Made by a program: the position numbers and the translations under genes
Notes under the pieces: model-generated
Told to the model about the DNA's origin: nothing
The model's input: only the letters and a program-made list of their open reading frames with translations
Databases searched by the model: none
Assembly (NCBI GenBank): GCA_045659905.1
Contig: JAZRCT010000003.1
Coordinates: 26,037-90,036, forward strand
Source: Eubacteriales bacterium
GTDB taxonomy: Bacteria; Bacillota; Clostridia; Oscillospirales; CAG-272
DNA: 64,000 nucleotides
Reading direction: 5' to 3'
In this document: piece by piece, positions 1 to 9,900 of the stretch
Position numbering within the stretch: the stretch's first letter is position 1
Layout: every line of letters begins with the position of its first letter

Positions 1-54
1 CGTATAATTCTCTTACCGTCATAGACTACCCTTTCTTGCCTTATTTCGTAAAGC

Positions 55-738
55 TTAAATATATTCCGAAACGAAGCCGATAAGCTCCTCTTCCTCTTTT
101 ACCGATTCGCCACCACGCCTTTTCCCCGCAGCTTTAGACGAAAGAGCCTTGGCTCTTTGGCGAAGATAGCCGAGCCTCTCGGGGGAAACGTCTTCGCTCG
201 CCGCAGGAAGCCTGCCGAAATAAAGCTCCGCACGTGAAAAATCACGTACGACGCCGTCGTAGGACGCAGAAATTACTGCGTAATAGCGGCCAGCGTCAAG
301 GACGTAGCGCTCCTCGTTTATCCTGAAGCCCTCACGCATAAGATACTCACGAAGCGCCTCGGGACGTGTCATAGGCTGAAGCACTAAGGTGACACCCTCG
401 CTTTTCATAGCGGGGGCTTTTGATATTATATCGGCAATAAGCTCGCCGCCCATACCGCATACGGAGTAGGCGTTGGGCTTGAATTTTGCGATAGGATACG
501 CACCGTCGGCAAGGCAGAAATCCACCTTATCGGTAAGCCCTGCCGCATCGACGTTTTCTCTGGCACGCTTAAGCGGTCCTTCATTGATATCCGAGCAGAC
601 GGCACGTCTGATTTTGCCCCTTTTGAGAAGGCTTATCACAAGATATGCGTGGTCCGTGCCGACATCAGCAAGATATGCGCCCTTTGGCACAAGCTCACCG
701 CAGGCAAAAAGCCTTGCCGATAAATCAACGCCCGTCAT
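55..738 (-). CDS. trmK: tRNA (adenine22-N1)-methyltransferase TrmK-like (DUF633 SAM-dependent methyltransferase)
   Basis: 227-aa ORF. The N-terminal segment GAYLADVGTDHAYL and the overall layout are typical of TrmK/YqfN. The start codon overlaps the stop of the upstream ORF by 1 nt (TAATG). Confidence 0.75.
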   Translation of the reverse strand: MTGVDLSARLFACGELVPKGAYLADVGTDHAYLVISLLKRGKIRRAVCSDINEGPLKRARENVDAAGLTDKVDFCLADGAYPIAKFKPNAYSVCGMGGELIADIISKAPAMKSEGVTLVLQPMTRPEALREYLMREGFRINEERYVLDAGRYYAVISASYDGVVRDFSRAELYFGRLPAASEDVSPERLGYLRQRAKALSSKAAGKRRGGESVKEEEELIGFVSEYI

Positions 739-938
739 TATTTAGCTTCGAGAAAATCGTTAATCTTCTTAACCAATGCGTCGGCGTCGGTGCCGTGTAC
801 TGCGCAAGCGTCCTCGATGGACTCGCCTCTCGAATGGGGGCAGCCTAAGCAGTGCATTCCGATTTCGAAGAAGAAGCGTGCAGTCTCTACGTTAAAATCA
901 AGTATATCTCCTATAAGTGTGTCTTTTGTAACCTTCAT
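738..938 (-). CDS. DUF1858 / redox-disulfide-domain small protein
   Basis: 66-aa ORF with the GMHCLGCP motif characteristic of the DUF1858 (hybrid-cluster-protein-associated) domain. Translationally coupled to trmK. Confidence 0.65.
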   Translation of the reverse strand: MKVTKDTLIGDILDFNVETARFFFEIGMHCLGCPHSRGESIEDACAVHGTDADALVKKINDFLEAK

Positions 939-1061
939 TTTTTACTTATCCTTTCATATTTTTACTGATAAAGTATAGCACATAAAAGATAGAATTGTCA
1001 ACAGTTTGCGTGAGTATTTAATATATTCGTAATATATTTTATCAAAGAGAAATATTCCTTA

Positions 1062-1090
1062 TTGACAAAGACGGTGCGATATGGTAAAAT
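1062..1090 (+). promoter_or_regulatory. sigma-A type promoter of prfB
   Basis: TTGACA (1062-1067), 17-nt spacer, TGg-TAAAAT (extended -10, 1085-1090). Confidence 0.6.
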
Positions 1091-1148
1091 TTATGCGGTA
1101 TTTTGTTAATTTGCGCAAAAAGATGCGCCACGAAAACGGAGAATTTCA

Positions 1149-2264
1149 ATGATTATTGCACTTGAAGATGCAAAAAGAAGGCTGGTAGCGCTCGAGGACG
1201 TCCTCGGCGAGCTGAAGAACCAGCTGAGAATAGACGAGGCTAAGGAGCGTGCAAACGACCTTGAGCGTGAGACGCTTGCGCCGAACTTCTGGGACGATGC
1301 CGAAAAATCCTCGAAGAAGCTTCAGGAGATAAAGCAGCTTAAGTTCAAGGCTGAAAGCTACGAGGAGCTGCTCGGCAGGCTTGAGGACGCACTTATGCTC
1401 TGCGAGATGGCTATTGAGGCAGGTGACGAGGATTCGGTTGACGAGGTCGTATCCGAGACCGATTATATCGAGAGCGAGGCAGAAAAGAAGCGCATCGAGG
1501 TGCTGCTTTCAGGTCAGTACGACAAAAATAACGCTATCCTTTCATTCCACCCCGGAGCAGGCGGCACCGAAGCTCAGGACTGGGCATCTATGCTCTACCG
1601 CCTTTACACCAGATGGGGCGAGAAGCACGGCTACAACGTAAAGCTCATAGATTATCTTGACGGCGACGAGGCCGGTCTTAAGTCGGCTACGATTATGATT
1701 GAGGGACTTAACGCCTACGGATATTTAAAGAGCGAAAACGGCGTTCACCGTCTCGTGCGTGTCTCACCCTTTGATTCCTCGGGAAGACGCCACACCTCCT
1801 TTGCTTCGGTAGAGGTTATGCCCGAGTTTGACGACGACGATTCTATCGTTATCCGTGACGAGGATATAGACGTTACGGCGCACCGTTCAAGCGGCGCAGG
1901 CGGTCAGCATATCAACAAGACCGACTCGGCTATCCGTATCGTGCATAAGCCGACGGGTATCGTAGTAGGCTGTCAGACCGAGCGCAGCCAGCTTCAAAAT
2001 AAGGAAACCGCCCTTAAGATGCTTAAGGCAAAGCTTATGGAAATAAAAATCCGCGAGAAGCTTGACCGCATCGAGGACATTCAGGGAAATAAGGCAAACA
2101 TCGAATGGGGAAGCCAGATACGAAGCTACGTATTTATGCCCTACACGCTTGCCAAGGATACAAGAACAGGCTTTGAGGACGGAAATATCGACGCCGTGAT
2201 GGACGGCGAAATCGACGGCTTTATAAACGCCTACCTTAAGCACATTTCGGCAGGCGAGCAGTAA
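1149..2264 (+). CDS. prfB: peptide chain release factor 2
   Basis: SPF tripeptide context (RVSPFDSSGRRHTSF) and GGQ motif (SGAGGQHINKTDSA). GGAG RBS lies 7 nt upstream. The frame is uninterrupted, with no CTTTGAC frameshift site. Confidence 0.95.
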   Translation: MIIALEDAKRRLVALEDVLGELKNQLRIDEAKERANDLERETLAPNFWDDAEKSSKKLQEIKQLKFKAESYEELLGRLEDALMLCEMAIEAGDEDSVDEVVSETDYIESEAEKKRIEVLLSGQYDKNNAILSFHPGAGGTEAQDWASMLYRLYTRWGEKHGYNVKLIDYLDGDEAGLKSATIMIEGLNAYGYLKSENGVHRLVRVSPFDSSGRRHTSFASVEVMPEFDDDDSIVIRDEDIDVTAHRSSGAGGQHINKTDSAIRIVHKPTGIVVGCQTERSQLQNKETALKMLKAKLMEIKIREKLDRIEDIQGNKANIEWGSQIRSYVFMPYTLAKDTRTGFEDGNIDAVMDGEIDGFINAYLKHISAGEQ

Positions 2265-2362
2265 TATTAATGAGGTGCTATTTTACTAAAAAGCGCACCT
2301 TCACACAAAAAAGCATTTATAGGATTATCCGTTCGCTATTCAAAATCAGCTACTTCAATAAA

Positions 2363-2419
2363 AACAGCGGCTTTAACGTGCTTATCCGACGAGGATAACA
2401 CCTTAAAGTCGCTGTTTTG
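2363..2419. terminator. bidirectional hairpin terminator between convergent prfB and the M16 peptidase gene
   Basis: 14-nt arms AACAGCGGCTTTAA / TTAAAGTCGCTGTT (1 mismatch) with an inner TTATCC/GGATAA stem. A-run upstream and T-run downstream. Confidence 0.6.
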
Positions 2420-2446
2420 TCTATAATTGTTTGCATCTTACCCGAA

Positions 2447-3718
2447 TCAAAGCGTTTTTGATACAATTTCGGCTAGCTTTTGAGTATCTATTTTTTTAGG
2501 ATTTCCTTTAATCGCAAGAGTAAGATTTTCCCTTATGAATATTTCTCTTGCCGCCTCTCTTATGGCTTCGGGGGCAAGCGATGCGTAGAGCGCTCGGCGC
2601 TCCTCTATCGTCTTATAGCCTCGGTTCAGGATATGGTTGTCGTAGGCGAAGGTGAAATTCAGCTCGCTTTTGTCATCGTACAGCATCATAGCGTTGTCAA
2701 CAAAGCCTGCACGCATACATTCGTCGGGGGAAAGCAGGTCACGCTTTAAGTCGGCTATAAGTCCCAGAGCAACCTCTACCGCCTCGTAAAGCTTATTGCC
2801 CGCAACCTCGAAGCTGAAATAAAAGCTTCCTATATTAAGGAAATGGTCTACGCCGCCAAAGGTGTCGTAAAAAAGTCCCCGCTTCTCGCTAAGCTCCACA
2901 AAAAGCTTGGAATTGTAGCCGCCGAGCAGGATATCGTATATAAGGTCAAGGCACTCAACCGAGCTATGCGAGAGGTCAACGTCGAAGCTGAAGCGAGCCA
3001 TAGTATAGTCGGCACGCTTTATATGGATTGCGTTTTCACGCTTGAAGAAGTCCTGCGGCAAGATAGCCTCGGCAGGATAGCGCTCACCGTCAGAGAAAAG
3101 CTCTGCGTCCGAGAAAATCCCGGAAATTCTGTCAAGGTCAATTTCGTCAACGTTACCCGTGACGTAAATAAAAACGTTGTCGGGGTGAAGAATACGTCTT
3201 CGGTAGTCTGCGAGCGATTTTAAGGTAATTTTATCAAGCGTCGAATTTTTGCCGAGAATAGAATTCATAAGCGGCGTGCCCGAATAAACCTTGCTTTGAG
3301 CAAAACCGGATAGCGAGCTTTTATCGTCGCATTCACGGATTTCCGCCTTGATTCTCATTCGCTCGCTGTCGATATCCGACTTCGTAAGGAAAAACGGCTC
3401 CAGAATTTTACGAAGATACTCAGCCCCCGCTACGGTATGCTCCTTAGCTCCGCTTACGTAAAACTGAATAGCCTCCGAGAAGGTCGAGGCGTTAAATTCA
3501 AGTCCAAGCTTATCAAGCTCGGAATAAAGCTTGTAGGAGTAAAGCTTATTTACGTTTCTTATCGCTGCGTGCTCGAAAAAATGCGTAATTCCCGCTTCGG
3601 TTTCAAGCTCGTGCATATTGCCCGACTTAATAAAAAGCGAGATAAAAAATCCGTGCTGGCTTGGATTCGTATAGCTATATAGCGACATACCGTTTTTTAG
3701 TTTACGGCTTTTCTCCAC
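2447..3718 (-). CDS. M16 (pitrilysin/insulinase) family zinc peptidase
   Basis: HxxEH zinc motif (HFFEH). The start is moved to GTG 3718 because a promoter lies inside the longer ORF and a GGGGAGG RBS precedes the GTG. Confidence 0.8.
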   Translation of the reverse strand: MEKSRKLKNGMSLYSYTNPSQHGFFISLFIKSGNMHELETEAGITHFFEHAAIRNVNKLYSYKLYSELDKLGLEFNASTFSEAIQFYVSGAKEHTVAGAEYLRKILEPFFLTKSDIDSERMRIKAEIRECDDKSSLSGFAQSKVYSGTPLMNSILGKNSTLDKITLKSLADYRRRILHPDNVFIYVTGNVDEIDLDRISGIFSDAELFSDGERYPAEAILPQDFFKRENAIHIKRADYTMARFSFDVDLSHSSVECLDLIYDILLGGYNSKLFVELSEKRGLFYDTFGGVDHFLNIGSFYFSFEVAGNKLYEAVEVALGLIADLKRDLLSPDECMRAGFVDNAMMLYDDKSELNFTFAYDNHILNRGYKTIEERRALYASLAPEAIREAAREIFIRENLTLAIKGNPKKIDTQKLAEIVSKTL

Positions 3719-3745
3719 TTTTATCGCCTCCCCTCTTTTTTTATT

Positions 3746-3774
3746 ATTGTAGCACAAGAATTAAATATTTGCAA
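3746..3774 (-). promoter_or_regulatory. sigma-A type promoter of the M16 peptidase gene
   Basis: On the minus strand: TTGCAA, 17-nt spacer, TGc-TACAAT. Confidence 0.55.
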
Positions 3775-3819
3775 GCGAAAGCTAAAATATAGGTCTGCGT
3801 CCTTCAGGCGTAACCGAGC

Positions 3820-3860
3820 AAAAAGAGCGAAGATACTTTTAAGATAGGTATCTTCGCTCT
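3820..3860 (-). terminator. rho-independent terminator of the giant lipoprotein gene
   Basis: 12-bp stem AGAGCGAAGATA / TATCTTCGCTCT, followed by a T-run on the minus strand. It lies 70 nt downstream of the stop codon. Confidence 0.6.
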
Positions 3861-3929
3861 AAAATTATGCGTATTTTTGTTTTTTAATTTTTCTTTGCTT
3901 TTACTTTAATAAATCAGGGGGTAGGCGTA

Positions 3930-6900
3930 TTATCTCTCAATACCGAAAAGCAACGGTACTTCGCCTGCGTGATTTTCATTTATGTGGCTTACCTTAAGGG
4001 TATATACCTCGCCTGCCTTAAGCTCGTAAACGATTCTGAAATTGCCGTTTACACCGCCATAGGAGTCGGAGGCAAGCTCTGCGCCGTTTTCGTCGCAAAG
4101 ATAAGCCACGGTGCTGCAATCACCGTAATTCACGAAGGAGGTGAAAATCCAATTAGCGTCCTCGGTGGGAGCTATGGTATAGATTTTAACCTCGCCCTCG
4201 GCAATATAATCAACGAAGGATACGTTACCTACGATATTCTCGGTGTCAACCGTAGACTCGGCAAAGGTTAAGCCGTAATCAAAGCTTCCGTCTGCTCCGT
4301 AAGGCACAAATGAGAATCTTACGTCGTAGTCGGCATAGCCGTTCTCACTTGCCCAGGCGTCAATAGCCGCCTTGCTGAACGCAAACGCACGTACGCCGTC
4401 AACCGTAATAAATTCGATATCCATAAGTACTACAACCTCGGTATTATCGGAAAGAATGAGGCTTACGTACTTGTCGAACTCTACGAACTCTACGCTGTTG
4501 TATACGCAATAGCCGACGACGTAATATTCACCGTTGCCGTACTGCGCAGTCAAATCCTCCATAACTATCTCGCCGCTTACGCCGTTTGCGTTTTCAAGTC
4601 CGCAGGTGTAGCAGTAATACCAGTTGCCGGATACCTGTACCCAGTTGTGGCCGTGAGGTGAATTGAAGTAGCTTTCGGAACGGTTGCCGCAGAATATGCA
4701 TTCCCAGCACGTCTCGCCATCCTGAGTGCAGGTAGGCTCTTTTACCGTCACGTGTCTGTCGAATCTGCAAATTTTCTCGCTGAACGTATCGGTATAATCG
4801 TCGCTGTCGGCATATACGGTAGTCTTTACGCAAGGACCGTCAAAGGTATAGGAATAATCGCTTCTGCACCAGAAGTCGCCCTGGGTTCTTTCTTCGTAAA
4901 TTCTGAATTCATATCCCTGATAGTTGACGAACGCATATTCCTCTTCGTAGGAGTAATCCTGAGAGTCGATGCGAACCTTAGTTACCTTATATCCCGGACA
5001 TTCAACACCGTCAAGCGTATAGGTGTAATCCTCGGTATTTTCAAGGCTTCTGTACCAATACTCGCTGCCGTCGCAGTAAACGAACTTTTCGTACTCGCTA
5101 TTGTCGTAAACGGTGCAGTCCTCTGCTTCATAGTTGTTTTCAAGAATTCTTATATATTCACGGTTGCTGCCGTCGTCTAAGGTATTCTTTACGTGCTTTT
5201 CGTACTTATTGCTATTGCCCTCGCCGTCAACGTAGTAGGTCTCGTAATAGTAGCTGCCGCAATCGGGGCAATCGAGCTTCACGTTGCCGTCGGCGCTTGA
5301 GTCTACGTAATTATGATATACTCTCCTGCCGCCCGTTTTAAAGGTAAGCTCGTATTCGCACTCGCCGCTTTCCTTATCGTATCCGAACTGATAGGTCACG
5401 TACTCGTCGGCGTAGCAGCCGTCGCCGGACTTAAGCCAATAGCTTGCATATCTTATCTTGAATCCGCAAGCCGCTTCGGCGGGGTCGGTTACGGCGCAGA
5501 TTTTAATACCTGCATTATAGCCGAAGTAGGTCTCGCCGTTAATGGTATAATGAATTCCGATAATAGCGTCGTCAATCCAAAGCTCGCACCATTCCTCGCC
5601 AAAGTCGCAAAGGCTATGCTCAAGCGAAAGCGAGCTATTAAGTCCGCAGGCGCAGCTGTTAAGGGTTGCATATCCGCCGCAAACGCTTCCGTATTCGGAG
5701 AGGTCTATGCGCTCAAGCTGGAAGCTTTCGTGCCAATAGGTGTCGTAGCTATATTCGTAATCGCAATCCTTGCAGATGTAGGTCACTCTTACACCGCCGC
5801 TGCAATCCGTACCGCCTATAAGCGTGCCGCTCACGGTGCAGTTATGGTCTTCGTCAATCTCCGTATATTCTTTTTCAAAGACGGTTGCATCCTCGGTATT
5901 AATCAGCACTGTAAAATGCTTAATTAATTCGCAACCGCTCTTTTCGGTATAATAGGAGCGGGTATAGCGGATATTGCAGCTGTCGCAGGTGTAAACGTCA
6001 ACGTGCACGAGCCTGCCCTCGCCGTCGTAGTACTCGTTTTCGGAGCTATGCCTCATACAGCCGTTGATTTCAAGGCTTTCTAACTCGCCGCAAACGCAGG
6101 AGTAATACCAGACACCGCCGTAGCAAGCGCCCTGTTCGCTAAGGTCTACGTAATCGGTAAGATTATCCCAGTGCTCATAGTTAATTTCGGGAGAGAATAC
6201 GAATCCGCATTCGGTGCAAAGATATACCGTAAGTGCGCCGTCAGTGCAGGACTCCGAATCGGGAAGAAGCGCACCGCATCTGTGACCGCTGTGCGAGGTG
6301 AAGGAGTAATCGCCCTTAGCAAGAGCAAGAACCGCAGTATCCGCCGAATCGCCGTACATACGGAATACGTACGTATTTCCTGCCTCAAGTCTTACTGCGT
6401 CCATTCCCTCCTGTGGTATCCATTTAAGCTCGCCGTCTAAAAGTATATACACATCGGCACGGTAGCAAACGCTACTGTCTAACCTATACGTATATATAGA
6501 AGACTCGCTCGGTGTAAAGGTGTAATCGCCGTAATATTCGCCGTCGTGATATTCAAGCTCTGCTACTACAAATTCGGTAACCGTCTCGGCTGAGCAGCCC
6601 TCACAGGTTGCGGTAAGGACTATCTTGCCGTCGACAAGCGTAAATTGCTTGCCTGTGAAGTTATGCATCTCGACTACGACCTCGTCGGTGTAGCTGTAAA
6701 GAGTCTCGCCAAATAGGGTTATCTGAACGTTAATGCTTCTGGTTTCGGCGCAGCCAACCTTTTCGGTAGTGATACTGTCAAGGATTGTAAGACCGCACTC
6801 GTCGCAAACGTAGGTCTTGCTTTCCTCGTCAAATCTAAAGCTGTCCTCATTAAATTTAACGTAGACGTTCTCGCCGCAGGCGCACCTCTCAACCACAGCG

Positions 6901-9900
6901 CCGTGATCGTCGCAACAAGGCTCGCCATACCAGAATACGGTATAGGTGCTGTGACCGCTCGTGTCCCATTCGTCGTAGTGGTCGCAATCCTTGCAGGATT
7001 CAAATACCGTGTAGCCGTCGTTGCAGGAGTCACCCGTAAGCTCAAAGCGGTACTCGTATCTGTGAGAGGTGGAGGAGTAGGTCGTTTCGTAACGGTAAAT
7101 CTCCTCGCCGTCTTTCATATATACCGAAATCTCGGTAGTAACGAAATTACAGCTTTCATCCTTCTCGCTGCTTTCGGAAAAATTGAGCTTGGTTGCTCCG
7201 CAGCGCAGGCAATTAAATACCTGATAGCCGTCTTCGGTGATTTCTACAAAGTTCCAATCGCAGCCGTAGTCGTTAATCTCCGAATGAGTTACCTTACCGC
7301 AAACGGTACACTGACGCTGGCTAATCCAACCGTCGCAAAGACCAAGCTCGCTAAGCTTGATTTCCTTCTCCTCGGTCGTATGACCGTAGGTGAAATAAGC
7401 GTTTCTTACAGTTCCGCAATTATTACAGAAGCTTATGCGCATTACGCCATCCTCGCAGGAGGTAGCGCCGTCGGGACGAATATTGAAGGTTTCGCTCGAT
7501 TGGTGATTGCATTCCGCTTCGCCCTCGCCGAGTGCGATAGAGAAGCAGAATTTAGCGTTCGGAGAAACAGATTGTCTATATTCAATGCGGTAAACGTAGG
7601 TAGCTCCCTCAGTAAGCTCGGCGCTCATAAGAAGCTGATTGTTATCGCCCTTGGCGTTAAAGCCCTCCTGAACGAGCACAAGCTCGCCATCTACAAGCCT
7701 ATAAAGATATATGGAGCTTGGAACGATAGGAGACAATATCATCATTTTGCTGTCTACAATCGGTTTTGCTATTCCATCAAGTATCATACCGTACATAGAC
7801 TGCGTTGCAAGCGTATATACGGCAGATTTATCGGGAACGAAGGTATAATCGGCGCTGAATCCTTCCGAGGTAAGCTCGCTCGGCGCAGTAACCGAGAATA
7901 CCTCGGTATCGCTTTCCGCACCGCACTTATCGCAGCTTGACTTGACGGATACTACTCCGTCAGCCTCGGTCACGGCGGTATCGGTGAAATTGTGGTTAGC
8001 CACGGTGCTGGACTCGGTATCGCTGTAAAGAGTTATATCGAGAAGCTTTACCGAGATTGAGTTGGTATAGGTTGCAAGGCAGCCGTTCTCTGCTACTTCA
8101 TAGGTAAAGACGAGCATAAGACCGCACTCCTCACAGTAGAAGGCTTCACTAGCTTCGTCGTACAAGAAGCTGTCCTGATTAAATTCATAGCCGCAATACT
8201 CACCGCACAGACAGCTTGAAAAGTTAACGCAGTGATACTCGCAGACGTCGTAGCCATCGCTTGTAAAGTGCGTGTATTCTCTGTGACCCGAGTACTGATA
8301 CTGCTCTACCTTGCCACAGGTAAGGCAGGTAGATATTTCAACACAGCCGTCATAGCAGGAGTCGCCCTCAAGCTTGTATTCGTATTCAAACGAATGCTGT
8401 GAGTCGTTTGCGTATTCCTCAAGCGCTGCGTTATAGAAGTACTGTATATCAACGGTAGTTGCGTAGCCCTCGGGATTATCGAATATAGCAAGGTACATAT
8501 CGTAATAGAACTTAACCATATCCGAAGGCTGATTCTGGGTATCAACCTCAATTTCCTTTGTGCTTCCGTCCTCGTATACCGCAACGAAGCCTGTCTCGGT
8601 GGGAACAAGCTCTACCATTTCACGGACACCTATAATTTTGCCGTCCGAGTGATACTCCTCTGGAGCAAGCTCGTCGATAAACAGCATAACCGAATTTCCG
8701 TCAACCGTAATCGATGCAAGCGTGAACCTGTAACAATTCGCAGAGAAGGTTGCGTAATATCTCATAAAGCCCGTGCAATCGGAATAAATGCTTATCTCTT
8801 GAAGATTATCCTTTAATGTCTTGTCTACGAGAATCTGCATTCCCTGATACTCGTATATTTCGCCCTTGTACTCTACGTATCCGCTCGCATTATAGAAATA
8901 TCTGCGCTCGGTAGCTTCTATCATTTCGTCGGTGGGAAGCACGATGCTCTCCTCGATTTCCTCAATGATATCGCCCCAGGTTACCTCTATCGTAGCATTG
9001 ATTGCAAAGCTGATGCCAAAATCAAGGGTTACCTTCTGATTTTCGTCCTCATAAACGAAGCCCGAAACGCCGAGGTTTATATCGGTAAGCATACCCTCGC
9101 TGTCAGTAGCAAAGGATACGGTAAGGAATTCGGATATCATATTGATAGTATCTGCTACCATATCCTTAGCGTCCTCTGCGGAGGGAGCGATAAGGCTGTA
9201 AAGCGAGCTGCCTCTGAGCATATCGGCAAAGCCGTCAATCTCATCGACGTAGGAATCATCCTCGCTGCCGAAGATTAACATTCCAAGAGTAACGCCATTC
9301 ATAGAGGAATCGGTAAGCATAGCGTCAAGGTCAAAGCCCTCGGGTGCGCCTACCTGCGAAGCAAATGCGTTGATTTGCTCGACGAGCGCCTCGTAATTAA
9401 GTCCTATCGCATCTATATATTCGGGAATCTCGGGAAGCTCGAGAGCAAGAATCTCAAGCACGAGGTCGTATACCTTGTCGAATGCTCCCTCGCCAAAGTA
9501 GATATCTATAACCTCGGAAATAGTCTTGGTTGCAAGATTTTCGTTAAGCGCCAAAAACTTTTCAAAATCAAGCACCGCAACTACCGAGCCGTCCTCCTGC
9601 TCCTCAAAGGTAAAGAGCATATTGAAGGCGTCCTCAAAGATTTCGTTTGCGGTAGCAAAGTTCAGCTCAACGATAGTATCGATAGCTGGAATTACCGTAT
9701 CTCCGACGAACTCAAGCGCGCTCATTACAGCGGCAACGACTCCTGTCGGTGTGCCCATAGAGCCAAATACGGAGTCGAGCGGAATCTTCGTGCTTGATTC
9801 CCAATCTGCCTCCTCCTTGCCTAAATAGGTGGAAAGATAGATAACGCCGTCGTGAATAACAGCCTTGAATTCGTATATAGCGTCAGCCTGGTAGAAAGGA

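Noticed and set aside
1-22. Possible 5' end of a minus-strand gene running off the window (ATG at 22-20, MTVRELY..., weak AAAGGG RBS). By synteny after trmK it could be a Nif3/YqfO-like gene.
   Set aside because: Only 7 codons are visible, which is too little sequence to support a feature call.
1149-1300. I searched the first 50 codons or so of prfB for the canonical CTT-TGA-C +1 frameshift site.
   Set aside because: The site is not present, and the RF2 frame is continuous from ATG 1149, so no frameshift or pseudogene call is made.
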